A DNA stretch of 64,000 nucleotides from Macrostomum lignano (taxonomy: Eukaryota): positions 133,659-197,658 of the forward strand of contig NIVC01000639.1 of assembly GCA_002269645.1 (NCBI GenBank), written 5' to 3'. The position numbers were made by a program, and so were the translations under genes. Shown piece by piece: positions 50,593 through 61,150 of the stretch. Each line of letters opens with the position of its first letter. Position 1 is the stretch's first letter. The notes under the pieces are model-generated. The model was not told where the DNA came from. It did not search any database and saw only the letters and a program-made list of their open reading frames with translations.

Positions 50593-53500
50593 ATGACTCT
50601 AAGGCTCCGGCTGCTCACTCTGCAGCTGCTGCTGCTGGCCGCATCAGCTTCAGCCAGCCAGCCGCTGGGCTCCAGCAGCCGCCTGTGCAAGACGGTCTAC
50701 ATCTCAAGTCGCGAGTACCGCACCCACAGGAACATCAGCCGGCTGCATGCTGAGCTCCAGGCCAGCGTGGACGGCTGCCAGTACGTTCACGGCGACGTAA
50801 TCATCCAGAACATCGGCGCCGACTCCGTCACTGAGGAGCCGATTGACGAGGCCATCCGCGGCCTCCAAACCGACTTCCTGGACTCCATCATCGAGATCAG
50901 CGGCCGATTGGTGATCAAACGGATTAACCTGGAGCGCATCAGCTTGCGCAACTTGCGCGCCATCCGCGGCTACAACCTGGAGAACACCAGCCCCTTCTTC
51001 GCAATGGAGGTTTTCCAATCGAAGTACCCGGTCAAGCTAGAGCTGCCGCAGCTGAGCGCCATCCTGCAAGGCGACGTCCGCATCATCGGCAACCTGCACG
51101 CCGACCTTTACTGCTACCTGTCCCGCCGGATTAATTGGCCCAGCCTCTTCCAGAGCCACTCGAGCCGAACGCCGCAGCAGTTCAACGACAACGTGGAGAT
51201 CATGACGCTGGGCGACCAGCAGATCAACGTCAGCGACTACGCCGCAACCGAGAAGGTCTGCACGTCGCTTCCAGCGTGCAACTCCAGCTGCCACACGGAG
51301 AAGTCCGGGCGGCAGCTCTGCTGGTCCGACAGTCCCGGGGGCTGCCAGAGCTTCCACGGGTGTCTCGTGCGCCCATGTCGGAACTGCTTCCGCCATCCGT
51401 ACACAGGCAACGAGGAGTGCTGCGAAAGCGACTGTCTTGGCGGTTGCTCGAACAAATCGGACGGCTGCTTTTCCTGCCGCGATGTCAGCCTGGACGGCGT
51501 CTGCAAAGGCAACTGCCCGATGAAGACCGATCTGAACCCCGGCACCAACAAGATCGAGACGCGGAACTCCAGTACAACTATGAAGCGAGTGGGCAACATC
51601 TGCGTGAAACAGTGCGAGATGCCCTTCGTCACCAGCTCCAACGACAAGTACTGCGTGAGCGAGTGCCCTCTGACCGAGATTCCCGTCAATGGCATCTGCA
51701 CGCGCTGCGCGGCCAAGCACCAGTCTGCCTGCGAGACGTGCACCGTCGACACGCTAATCATGAGCGACAAAGTGGCGCAGGCTTTGAAGAACGGCAACTG
51801 CACGATTTGGCGGACCGACTCGTCGCTGGATATCAACTCGGAGAAGCTCAACAGCAGTGCCAGCCTCGAGACGCTGGAGTTTCTGCGAATTTTCTATGGC
51901 CGACTGTTCATCAAGCGGACGGATCGGCTGGTGGACAATCTGCGGTTCCTTCGCAATCTTAAATTTGTTTCGAACAACTTTGGCATCATGATGCTGCACA
52001 CGCGGTACCTGGGCCTCGCCAGCCTGCGATACGCCAAAGCTCTCTGGCTCATCAAGATCAGCGGGCTCTGCGAAGCTTGGTACCCTAGCAGAAGAATTCG
52101 ACAGATTACAGAGGTCACGAAAGAATTTACCATAGGCACCCGTGAAATCAGCTTCGACAACACGAGCGAGGTGTGCAGGAACGCCGTCTGTGACCCCCAG
52201 TGCCGCGACGAGTGCTGGGGACCCGGATCCGACATGTGCGTAGCCTGCCGGAACTTCGAGGTGGACGGCCGCTGCTACGCCACGTGCCAGGATTCCGGTC
52301 GGTACAATCTGAGCGGAGAATGTCAGGAGTGCCACAGCGAGTGCGAGGGCGGCTGCAGCAGTCCGAGCGCCTCCGAGTGCGAGCGCTGCAGCAACCTGGA
52401 GGAGGACGGCAAGTGCGTGGCCGCCTGCAGCAGCCGAGAGATGCGCGCCGACTCGAAGGGCCGCTGCTACTCGGTGGCGTCTGCGAGACTCCTCACCGTC
52501 GGCATTGGCGTCGGGCTGCTCATTCTGGTGCTGCTGGTGCTGCTGCCGGTGGCCTACGTGCACTACCGGAGGCGCATGCGAAAGTACGAAATCGTCGACT
52601 TGGACGAGTACCTGACGGACCCGAGCAACCCGAACGCCATGGCGAAGCTGCTGATTGTGAATGACGACGATGTGATGAAGCAGAAGGAGATTGGCAGTGG
52701 CGCGTTCGGCACGGTGTACAAGGGCATCCTGCGGTCGAGCACGAACAAGGGAGTTCGCGAGCTGCCCGTCGCGATCAAGGTGCTGCGCGGCCACAGTCCG
52801 AAGCTGGGCCAAGAGCTGCTGAACGAAGCGAGCATGCTGGCCAGAGTGCAGCATCCATGCTGTATCCGACTGGTGGCTCTGTGCCTGACCCAGGAGCCGC
52901 AGCTGATCACGGCGCTGATGCCTCGGGGCTGTCTGCTGGAGTTCCTGCGAGCGCACCGCAACCAGATCGGTGCGGAGCGAATGCTGCGCTGGGGTCTACA
53001 AGTGGCAGAGGGCATGGAGTACCTGGAGTCTCTGGGCATTGTACACCGCGACCTGGCTGCCCGCAACGTGCTGCTGCAGACTCCGGACCAGGTGAGGATC
53101 ACGGACTTCGGGCTGGCCCGTCTGCTGGACATGTCGGAGGGCGAGTTCATCCAGACGGCCGGCCTGCTGCCGGTGAAGTGGCTCGGCGTGGAGTGCTTTG
53201 AGTCCGGACTGTTCAGCCACAAGTCGGACGTGTGGAGCTACGGCGTGCTGTTGTGGGAGATCTGCACGTTCGGTGAGTCGCCCTACAACCCGTACGGGAT
53301 CCGCTCGGTGGAGGACATCACCGGCCTGCTGAAGAAGGGCATCCGACTGAACCAGCCCGACATCTGCAGCATCGACTTCTACAACATCCTGCTGAGCTGC
53401 TGGCTGCCGCATCCGGAGTCTCGGCCGAGCTTCCGCGACATGGTCGGCACCATGAATGACTGCCTCGCCTGCCCGTCCAAGTACATCGCACAGCGGTACA

Positions 53501-53865
53501 GCACCATGGACCCGAACCTGTTCGACACCGATGATGCTGTCGGGTTTGTGACCGAAGTGTCAAAGCCGGCCGCACCGCAGCCGTTGCAGAAAAGCCCGGA
53601 CAAGCACGGCGTGGAGCTGAACTCGTACATCTCCGACCCGACCTCCTGCTCGGCATCGAAACTGCGTAACTCGCCGGCACGGGCGCTGCAAGCTCAGGCC
53701 AGCAACACCAGCGAGAGCGCCGGCCTGCTGAGCGGCCAGATGAGCGTGCCCGACGCAAACGACGACTACCTGACGCCGACGTCGCCGGGAGATAACTACG
53801 GAGACGTGCACGACGGTGGCGGAGCATGCGGCCTGGACGACTACCTGACGCCGAGGAAGGCGTGA
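50593..53865 (+). CDS. EGFR: EGFR/ErbB-family receptor tyrosine kinase, copy B, intronless CDS, 1090 aa
   Basis: ATG at 50593 followed by a signal peptide. GCQYVHGDV, LRNLRAIRG, Cys-rich region, L2, domain IV, TM, intact kinase motifs, tail with two DDYLTP motifs. Confidence 0.96.
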   Translation: MTLRLRLLTLQLLLLAASASASQPLGSSSRLCKTVYISSREYRTHRNISRLHAELQASVDGCQYVHGDVIIQNIGADSVTEEPIDEAIRGLQTDFLDSIIEISGRLVIKRINLERISLRNLRAIRGYNLENTSPFFAMEVFQSKYPVKLELPQLSAILQGDVRIIGNLHADLYCYLSRRINWPSLFQSHSSRTPQQFNDNVEIMTLGDQQINVSDYAATEKVCTSLPACNSSCHTEKSGRQLCWSDSPGGCQSFHGCLVRPCRNCFRHPYTGNEECCESDCLGGCSNKSDGCFSCRDVSLDGVCKGNCPMKTDLNPGTNKIETRNSSTTMKRVGNICVKQCEMPFVTSSNDKYCVSECPLTEIPVNGICTRCAAKHQSACETCTVDTLIMSDKVAQALKNGNCTIWRTDSSLDINSEKLNSSASLETLEFLRIFYGRLFIKRTDRLVDNLRFLRNLKFVSNNFGIMMLHTRYLGLASLRYAKALWLIKISGLCEAWYPSRRIRQITEVTKEFTIGTREISFDNTSEVCRNAVCDPQCRDECWGPGSDMCVACRNFEVDGRCYATCQDSGRYNLSGECQECHSECEGGCSSPSASECERCSNLEEDGKCVAACSSREMRADSKGRCYSVASARLLTVGIGVGLLILVLLVLLPVAYVHYRRRMRKYEIVDLDEYLTDPSNPNAMAKLLIVNDDDVMKQKEIGSGAFGTVYKGILRSSTNKGVRELPVAIKVLRGHSPKLGQELLNEASMLARVQHPCCIRLVALCLTQEPQLITALMPRGCLLEFLRAHRNQIGAERMLRWGLQVAEGMEYLESLGIVHRDLAARNVLLQTPDQVRITDFGLARLLDMSEGEFIQTAGLLPVKWLGVECFESGLFSHKSDVWSYGVLLWEICTFGESPYNPYGIRSVEDITGLLKKGIRLNQPDICSIDFYNILLSCWLPHPESRPSFRDMVGTMNDCLACPSKYIAQRYSTMDPNLFDTDDAVGFVTEVSKPAAPQPLQKSPDKHGVELNSYISDPTSCSASKLRNSPARALQAQASNTSESAGLLSGQMSVPDANDDYLTPTSPGDNYGDVHDGGGACGLDDYLTPRKA

Positions 53866-54891
53866 GCTGCCGGCCTACCACCCTTGCACCGGTTGACCTG
53901 GGAGAATTTTTATTTGTGGATTGAATTTTTATCCTTTTTGCACTCGCTTTACCATGTAATGTTTCAATTTCTCAATATTTAATAATGTAGGTATTACAAA
54001 CTCTTATGAATCAGTAAGCTGATCAGTCTGGGCACTTGGGTCAATGGTGCTCAGCCTCCCCTAGCAGTGAGCAGCGGGAACTCTGAACTCTGTAAAGGAC
54101 GCCAATCAAATAAGAGAATCGCAGCCGACCTCAGTTGTTTGCAGACAAAATAGGTTTCTCGAGCTTCAGAATTGGCTGCCTTTTTTACCTGTACCTGGCC
54201 CTGGGCTTTTTGTGATTGCTATTGCGGCTCTTCGTGTAGCGCTTGGGTTGCTTGTGATAGCAATTTTTTAACTGTATTAGCTTGCACAAACATATTTGTA
54301 CCTGTCATGCAGAGCCCATTGCAAATTAATTGTACGTAACAGTTCACCAATAATTATCTATTTTTGTTATCATTGAATATTAATTATTAACAAGTTTGTT
54401 GTTGTAAAGACAAATATTTAAGCAACTAAAATGTGTATCATCTTCATGTCTGTATTTCATTCTCTGCTTTGCGTCTCGCTTGTAATTGTAATCGAAAAGC
54501 TTTTGTTGATGTTGTTGATGCGCTGCATGTGTGACGCAATACATCTGGTAATGAGCCTTGTTCGTTTCCAGAGCAGTATGGATTGCTTAATGTCATTTCA
54601 GCAACTATTTTTAATGCTCTATACAAACTTTTACCTCTGTGTTGTCGCTTCTCAATAACAAATCAGTTAATTGGAATTATGAATATTTTGCTCGGATTTT
54701 GAATCCCCAATCCGTCAATGTGCTGCAAAATTTGATTGAATAAAAAACTGCTGGCATCACAGAAATTTTCTTTTTTCGCTTGGCTCGACCTGGTTGTTGG
54801 CGTCATCGCTGCAGTTTTCATAAATAAAAGCATCAACGGTCATTACAAGACAAGCAAAATGCAAAGTTTTACACAGCACGTGACAAGCTGC

Positions 54892-57800
54892 CACGGTTGG
54901 GCTGGAATAAGATTTCGGGGTAAAAAAATGCCCAATAAAACGACCACTGCAGTGTGATAGAGGAACATCTCAGCTGCTAGGGGAATATTTTCCTAAAATG
55001 AAATCGGTTTGTCCTGACCAGTTATGCCTAATTATGTTAATTAGCTAGCATAATTAATTTATGTACTCGAAATTAGCCGTTTCCTTCGTGTGAAATCGCC
55101 TAAAAACTGCTTTTATGGCCTGGTCTGCTTTTATGTTTTTATGATATAAACTGCTATTATACTGGATGAGCAGTTGCTAATCAGAATGTATGCAGCAGCC
55201 AATGCTCTGCTCTAGCTTCAATATGAACTGTTGTGCTCTAGGTCTCACGCACTCTCTTTGCTCAATATCGAAATTAGCACATGAACGTACGTACGTTCGT
55301 ACTGTTCTATTTCATATGCGTCGGACTGTCAGATGTACATTGATTATTGCAACTTTCATAGCCAACTCATATCAGCACTCAAATAAATATCACAACCAAT
55401 ACTCAAGTCAAGGCCAAATTCAAAACATTTGTCTCTTGCATCAGTGGCCAGCGATCAATTTCAGAATTTCAGAATATGCCGAATGCAAAAAAATCACATG
55501 AGGAGTGCAGAGAGAGTCTGTGTTTGCTCTGTTTGCGGAAAGCCTCGCGCTCAATTTGGTCGGTAGCCAATTTTTCTGCTGAGGATTTGGTGCCGAATTT
55601 CGCCTCTGTACAGCACATTCTGCCGACCGGCTTGTGTGACGGGTGTCGACGCATCATTTCATCTCTATCTGGTCCAGCGCCTCGTGAGTTGCCACCAAGG
55701 CTAAACTATGAGCAGATGGTTGCCGACCTGCAGAGTCTGCCTCCGTCCACAAGAAATAATCCGCATTGCTCTTGCGAACTGTGCGAGCTTGCCAGATCGA
55801 AGAACAGCAGCAAGTTGACAACTTCTGTCAGCTCTTACAGTACTGGCGCTGCTGCATCTCGTCCAGGACGACCTCGAAAACATCCATTGTCGGCAGCTGA
55901 TGCAGCACAACCACAGTTCATTTGCTCGTTTTGTCGATCAGAAATTGGCCGTGGCAAGAAACACAACTGCTCAAGAGCAACGCGACTGACTAATCTGCAG
56001 CAGGGTGTCAGTCCTGATACGCAGGACATGCTGGCCAGCAGCTGCATATCAACAAAAGCTGCAGCAAGTGGCTCCAGCTGTGTTTCCTTGTCACGGATGG
56101 AAGGTGGTCGCCCAATGCGCGTGACTGTTGGTGCTAGTGTGGGCAATGGAGCAACCAGCTTCCCTGCAACTTCTATCAGCACAATGAAGACACTGAAAGG
56201 TGTGCTGAATCTTAGCAACAATCAGACGCTGCAGGTCGCGCAGGTACTGAGAGCTGGTGCAAGCTCTTCGCGAGCAGTTGAATCTAGGCTGAAAGATTCA
56301 TTAGTGACTCAGAATCGTGTATTGGAAGACTTTTTTAAACTTAAGACACTTCAATTCGAGCTGTCATCTTCTGCCATTGGTGATCGTGCTGCTGTCCTCT
56401 GCACTGATGCTTCGCGCCTCATTGAATTTATTGTCCAACAGCGAGGAGCCTCTAACTTCGAATGCCGGCTGGGGCTTGATGGTGGCGGAGGTTTTTTTAA
56501 GATTTGCGTGTCTGTCGTTGCGTCCACGTCTGACCATCAGGTGCACGGCGGTGCTGCTGCAGTTCACGAAAGTGTGCGACGCCACTCACAGTTCAATGAC
56601 GCCGGAGTGAAAAAAATTATAGTTCTCGCAATCGTCAACGACATCTCAGAAACGTACAAAAATGTAAAAACACTGCTACAGGCTGTTTCTGTGGTAGAGC
56701 TGTCTGCTGTGACTGTCACAGACATGAAGCTAGCAAACATTCTCTGCGGACTCCAGCCTCACTCGTGTGCTCACCCATGTCCGTACTGCGAGTCTACTGC
56801 ACCACTGACGACAAGCGGCAGGCCACGAACCCTCGGTAGAATTCGGCAGAAAGTGCAGGAGTTCAATTCTGCTGGACGAGTTTGGAGCAGAGCGAAGCAG
56901 TTCATGAACTGTGTCAATCTGCCGCTGCTGGCTGGTGATGATGACGAGGAAGTGCTGATGCTGCTGCCCCCTCCTGAACTGCATCTTCTGCTCGGAATCA
57001 GTAACAAATTGCTTGATTCTTTGAACGAAGCTTGGGGCGAAGACCGCGGATTTGCATGGCTACAATCTCACGGCATCGTGCGAGCGGGGTACCGCGGCGG
57101 CACAATGGAAGGCAACGCTTGTCGCAAATTGCTGCTGATGGCTGAGGTTCTTCTTGAAGACGTTCCTCATGAACTACAGCCCTTCGCCCAGTGCTTGATT
57201 TGCTTCAACAGCGTTGTTAATGGAGCATTTGGCCAGGAATTGGTCCCGGATTTTGGTGAGCGAATCGAAAATTTTGGAGCTGCATACCTGGCACTGGGAT
57301 TGACTGTCACGCCCAAAGTGCATGTTCTCCTTTGCCACGTGAGCGACTTCTGCCATCGCACTGGTCGTGCACTTGGAACTTGTAGCGAACAGGCAGTAGA
57401 GAGCGCACACTCGGATTTCCAGCGGACTTGGCAGCGCTACAGGCTGCCAGCCGATCACCCACAGTTCGGCAATAGGCTGCTGCAGGCAACAGTGGCGTAT
57501 AACAGCTGGCATATCTAATGCAGTGACATATTTAATGCGGTGATGGCTTTTCATTTGACTAAATTTACTGTCGTGTTGTGCAGCCTACTTTGCTGCATGC
57601 TGTTGTTACCAGCACTACTACATGGATGAAGAAAAACAGTATAATAGGAGCAATACTTCCATGACAATTTGTGAAGGGATCTATCTAAAAGTTCAACATC
57701 CAAAAGTTTGAATATTGATTCTATTGGCAATGGAAGTAATTCAAAAGAAATATTCAATATCTAAAAAAACTTTTGACCCAGACTTTTCTGCTCAGATTAG

Positions 57801-58348
57801 CAATATTCTCTTCTTTATCTGTGACATGTATCTCGTAGTACCTGCATGCTAAAACATAAACTGATCATGAATTGCTATATAAGTTATATTATAATTATAT
57901 CATATATTTAATTTTATTGATATAAATTTTAATAGGTGCTATCCAAATGTCCAACCTGCTGCTCAGTTTTGAAGAGACCCTTTCTCTGAAACGCTGGATA
58001 TTTCTATTTTTTTCTTTAATTTTTGAGTACTAATAATATGAACTACAAAGTGCTCACTTTCTATAACTAATACTAATATATATTGATATTAAATAGCTAC
58101 AGATTTTAACGCGAACACAGCTCATAAAAGCAGTTTTTAGGCGATTTCACACAAAGGAAGCGGCTAATTTCGAGTACATAAATTAATTATGCTAGCTAAT
58201 TAACATAATTAGGCATAACTGGTCAGGACAAACCGATTTCATTTTAGGAAAATATTCCCCTAGCAGCTGAGGTGTTCCTCTATCACACTGCAGTGGTCAT
58301 TTTATTGGGCATTTTTTTACCCCGAAATCTTATTCCAGCCCAACCGTG
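54892..58348 (+). mobile_element. Intact 3457-bp DNA transposon of the Transib/Chapaev/RAG1 (CMC-related) lineage
   Basis: 226-bp TIRs 54892-55117 and 58123-58348 (4 mismatches), termini CACGG...CCGTG, flanking direct repeat GCTGC (54887-54891 and 58349-58353), single uninterrupted 680-aa ORF. Confidence 0.92.
55476..57518 (+). CDS. DDE transposase, 680 aa, with N-terminal Cys/His Zn-binding domain
   Basis: GLDGGGG (D, 56478), TDMKL...CGL...CPYC (D, 56721), PELHLLLG, KVHVLLCH, LGTCSEQAVESAH (E, 57399). The order parallels RAG1/Transib DG, DEK..CxxC, LH..G, HxxxxH, SE..ES. Confidence 0.88.
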   Translation: MPNAKKSHEECRESLCLLCLRKASRSIWSVANFSAEDLVPNFASVQHILPTGLCDGCRRIISSLSGPAPRELPPRLNYEQMVADLQSLPPSTRNNPHCSCELCELARSKNSSKLTTSVSSYSTGAAASRPGRPRKHPLSAADAAQPQFICSFCRSEIGRGKKHNCSRATRLTNLQQGVSPDTQDMLASSCISTKAAASGSSCVSLSRMEGGRPMRVTVGASVGNGATSFPATSISTMKTLKGVLNLSNNQTLQVAQVLRAGASSSRAVESRLKDSLVTQNRVLEDFFKLKTLQFELSSSAIGDRAAVLCTDASRLIEFIVQQRGASNFECRLGLDGGGGFFKICVSVVASTSDHQVHGGAAAVHESVRRHSQFNDAGVKKIIVLAIVNDISETYKNVKTLLQAVSVVELSAVTVTDMKLANILCGLQPHSCAHPCPYCESTAPLTTSGRPRTLGRIRQKVQEFNSAGRVWSRAKQFMNCVNLPLLAGDDDEEVLMLLPPPELHLLLGISNKLLDSLNEAWGEDRGFAWLQSHGIVRAGYRGGTMEGNACRKLLLMAEVLLEDVPHELQPFAQCLICFNSVVNGAFGQELVPDFGERIENFGAAYLALGLTVTPKVHVLLCHVSDFCHRTGRALGTCSEQAVESAHSDFQRTWQRYRLPADHPQFGNRLLQATVAYNSWHI

Positions 58349-58554
58349 GCTGCAGTTTGGCTTGCATCATTTTTTTCTTTTTAAAGGAGATTCCATAGAA
58401 ACGCATGGCTCACAGACCACCCGTGTGTTTGCACCGGTGTAAGGCCAGTGCAAATGGAAGTGTGCGCTTGCACTTTTGCCCGATTATGACGCCACTACGC
58501 CAGCACGAATCCATTGGCAGTTGCGCTCTCTTACGCAGGTCCTAAACCAGCATG

Positions 58555-59107
58555 CAGGGGCGTCGCCACCGGGACATGGGGGACATGTCCCCCCCAGTGA
58601 TAGCTATGGGGGTGACATCTGCCAATGCTTTGTCCCCTCCCCCACCCAGACTTGTGACTCGTTATGGAAATCGATATTTTTGCTTCCCGGTGAAAAAATA
58701 TATAGCGCCTGTGGCACCAAAATGACTCCCTAAAATTATTGACTGCGACGCCAAAGTTAATGACAGTGGTGCTAAAGTTAATGACTGCGGCGCTAAAGTT
58801 AATGACTGCGGCGCTAAAGTTAATGACTGCGGCGCTAAAGATAATGACTGCGGCGCTAAAGTTAATGACTGCGGCGCTAAAGATAATGACTGCGGCGCTA
58901 AAGTTAATGACTGCGGCGCTAAAGTTAATGACTGCGGCGCTAAAGATAATGACTGCGGCGCTAAAATGAATGCCTGTGGTGCTAAACTGAGTGCCTGCGG
59001 CGCCAAAGTGAGTGCTGACAGCACCGATTCTGAAAAGAATGTCCACATACATGCAGAATTATTCGCTTTGAACCCCCCTCACCATAAAGTCCATGGTGAC
59101 ACTCTTG
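58555..59107. mobile_element. 553-bp non-autonomous hAT-type element containing a 21-bp tandem repeat (58740-58975)
   Basis: Imperfect TIR CAGGGGCGTCGCC / GGTGACACTCTTG; exact 8-bp TSD CCAGCATG (58547-58554 and 59108-59115). Confidence 0.8.
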
Positions 59108-59363
59108 CCAGCATGTACATGACGCATGCGTTTGGTCAGTCAATACCGATTGATGATCAGCCTTGCATAATTAAGTACATGACGTGAATCAGTTTCCTGA
59201 AAAACTACAGCGACAATGACGGTTCACAGTTTTTGCTCTTTGGTACCTTTTAAGTTGTGCTAGTAGGTTTTTAAATTGTTTTTAAACGAATTCAAGGTGG
59301 TTGTATACCACCTAACTAAAGATCTTTTAGTAGTCTTAAAGATAACTAAAGACTGCTAAAAGA

Positions 59364-59626
59364 TCGGGGGTTCGATTTTCGACCCAACTCGGAACAATTT
59401 GTGTCCTTGAGCAAGACACTTAGCTCTCCATTGCTTCAGCTCATCCGCTGTAAAATGAGAGCCAGCATTATAGCTGGTGTACGTAATTGAGGGTGCGTGT
59501 GGCGAACCCCAGCCCTTGGACTGAACAGCCGTACGCAGCCTTCAGATGCGCCCCTCAACACAGCTGCGATTGAGCTGTCGGTTGCACAACTGTCCATAGG
59601 GCAGGTGTAATCAGCTATTATTACAC
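59364..59626 (+). mobile_element. tRNA-derived CORE-type SINE remnant
   Basis: B-box-like GGTTCGAT at 59369, then gtgtccttgagcaagacactta...ctgtaaaatg resembling the MIR/CORE central block, ending in tattatta. No clear A box. Confidence 0.5.
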
Positions 59627-61150
59627 GGATTAAAATGATAGATAAAATTGCATGTATATTCTCGCCGTGAAATCAAACATGTACGATGGAGCCCAAACGT
59701 CAAGATTCGAGTGGATATGCTATAGCATGTCACAGTTTCTGATGCAGAGAGAGTATAGCACGCTAGAGCCATCAAAAGATGTAATTATGTGCATCTCTTC
59801 CGTATGTTAACAGTATAGTGTCTGCAGATGAAAACTGAAAATCCAAGGCCAATAACTACTGCTGCCAATCCATCAAAGCTGCGTTGTAAGAGTACAATAA
59901 AAGTGTGGATCGTGGATTGCTCCATAAAGCCTCACTGCACATGGTATATCTGGCATTTCGTAGAGGATCAGGCAGTTCATTCCGCATGTATTTACATGGC
60001 ACTCACAATATTGCATCAGCACTAATAAAGCTGTTCCATGCAATCGAGTTGGAGAGCCAATCCTTCAGATTTTGCAACTGCAACGTAAATCCGTTGTGTG
60101 AACCCAAATTACAGCGTACATATAGTTTTGAAATAGAGTATTTCTGTTTTTATTAATTCAAATTAAAATCCTTGAATTTTTGCGTATTGTACCTTTAATG
60201 TAACCTCTAGTGTACCTTGGCGCATGTAGTCCAGCAGCTCAACTGCCGTAGAACGAATTCGGAGAATGTATTACGCGAGTGTATTTACGCACGTGACAGT
60301 AAGAATCTGTTTATGCATATTGTAAACATGACCCGGGCATCCATCCTATCGACACAGCCAATGCAATCAAATTAACGGCATATGATGAGAGCTGCTATTT
60401 GTATTCATTAGCAAACCATAACATCAAATGTAAAATTAGTGTCATGACTCACGCCAGTAATGGATGGCAAGCATTTTCATTGGCCTTCAACAACACTGCA
60501 TGGAGTGTGCGCGCCATTTTCCTGACCAGCAATTCCTATTCGCGTAATGCATACTGCTTAATTCCTTCATGTACGCATGGTGTACTGCAAGTAGCACTGC
60601 AGGGGCTTAAGGAAATATGATTACAGGTTTGGTTCAAACACCCAATGATTTAATATGCATCATCACTTATTATGACCGGCTGTGGCATTAGCCGGCTGCA
60701 ACTCATCTGTGCTTAAAGCTAATATTTATAACAAACCTCTTTGTTACAGTGGGCATGGCAGTATTGCCTGCGCAGCGTATGTACAGAGACACGACACTGC
60801 AGGATGAAATTCAGACTAATTAATATATCAGCTTTCAGACTGGAAAGATTAATAAAATGTTAAATAATAAAACTTGCTAACCATGTACTTAAGAGACAAT
60901 TATAATCTAAAATATGAGTGCGCAGTCAGGTTGACTAATTATGCAGCCTTCGAGAATCGGGCTTCCGAAAGAAGAATAGCATGTAGCATTCGAGAACTAG
61001 GAACAGACACGGAGCAGTCTAACAGAAACCGGCAGCTAATAATTGGGGCTGAAATAATATTCACCTGGCTAATAATAAAGTCCGTACTCTGTGCAGACAG
61101 CGAACATTGCTGGGCAATGCATTGCCCGAAAATCCCATGGACACCTCGGC

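Noticed and set aside
54892-58348. Calling the element a true RAG/ProtoRAG transposon
   Set aside because: No RAG2-like ORF, no RING or nonamer-binding domain, and symmetric TIRs. Only lineage-level resemblance is supported.
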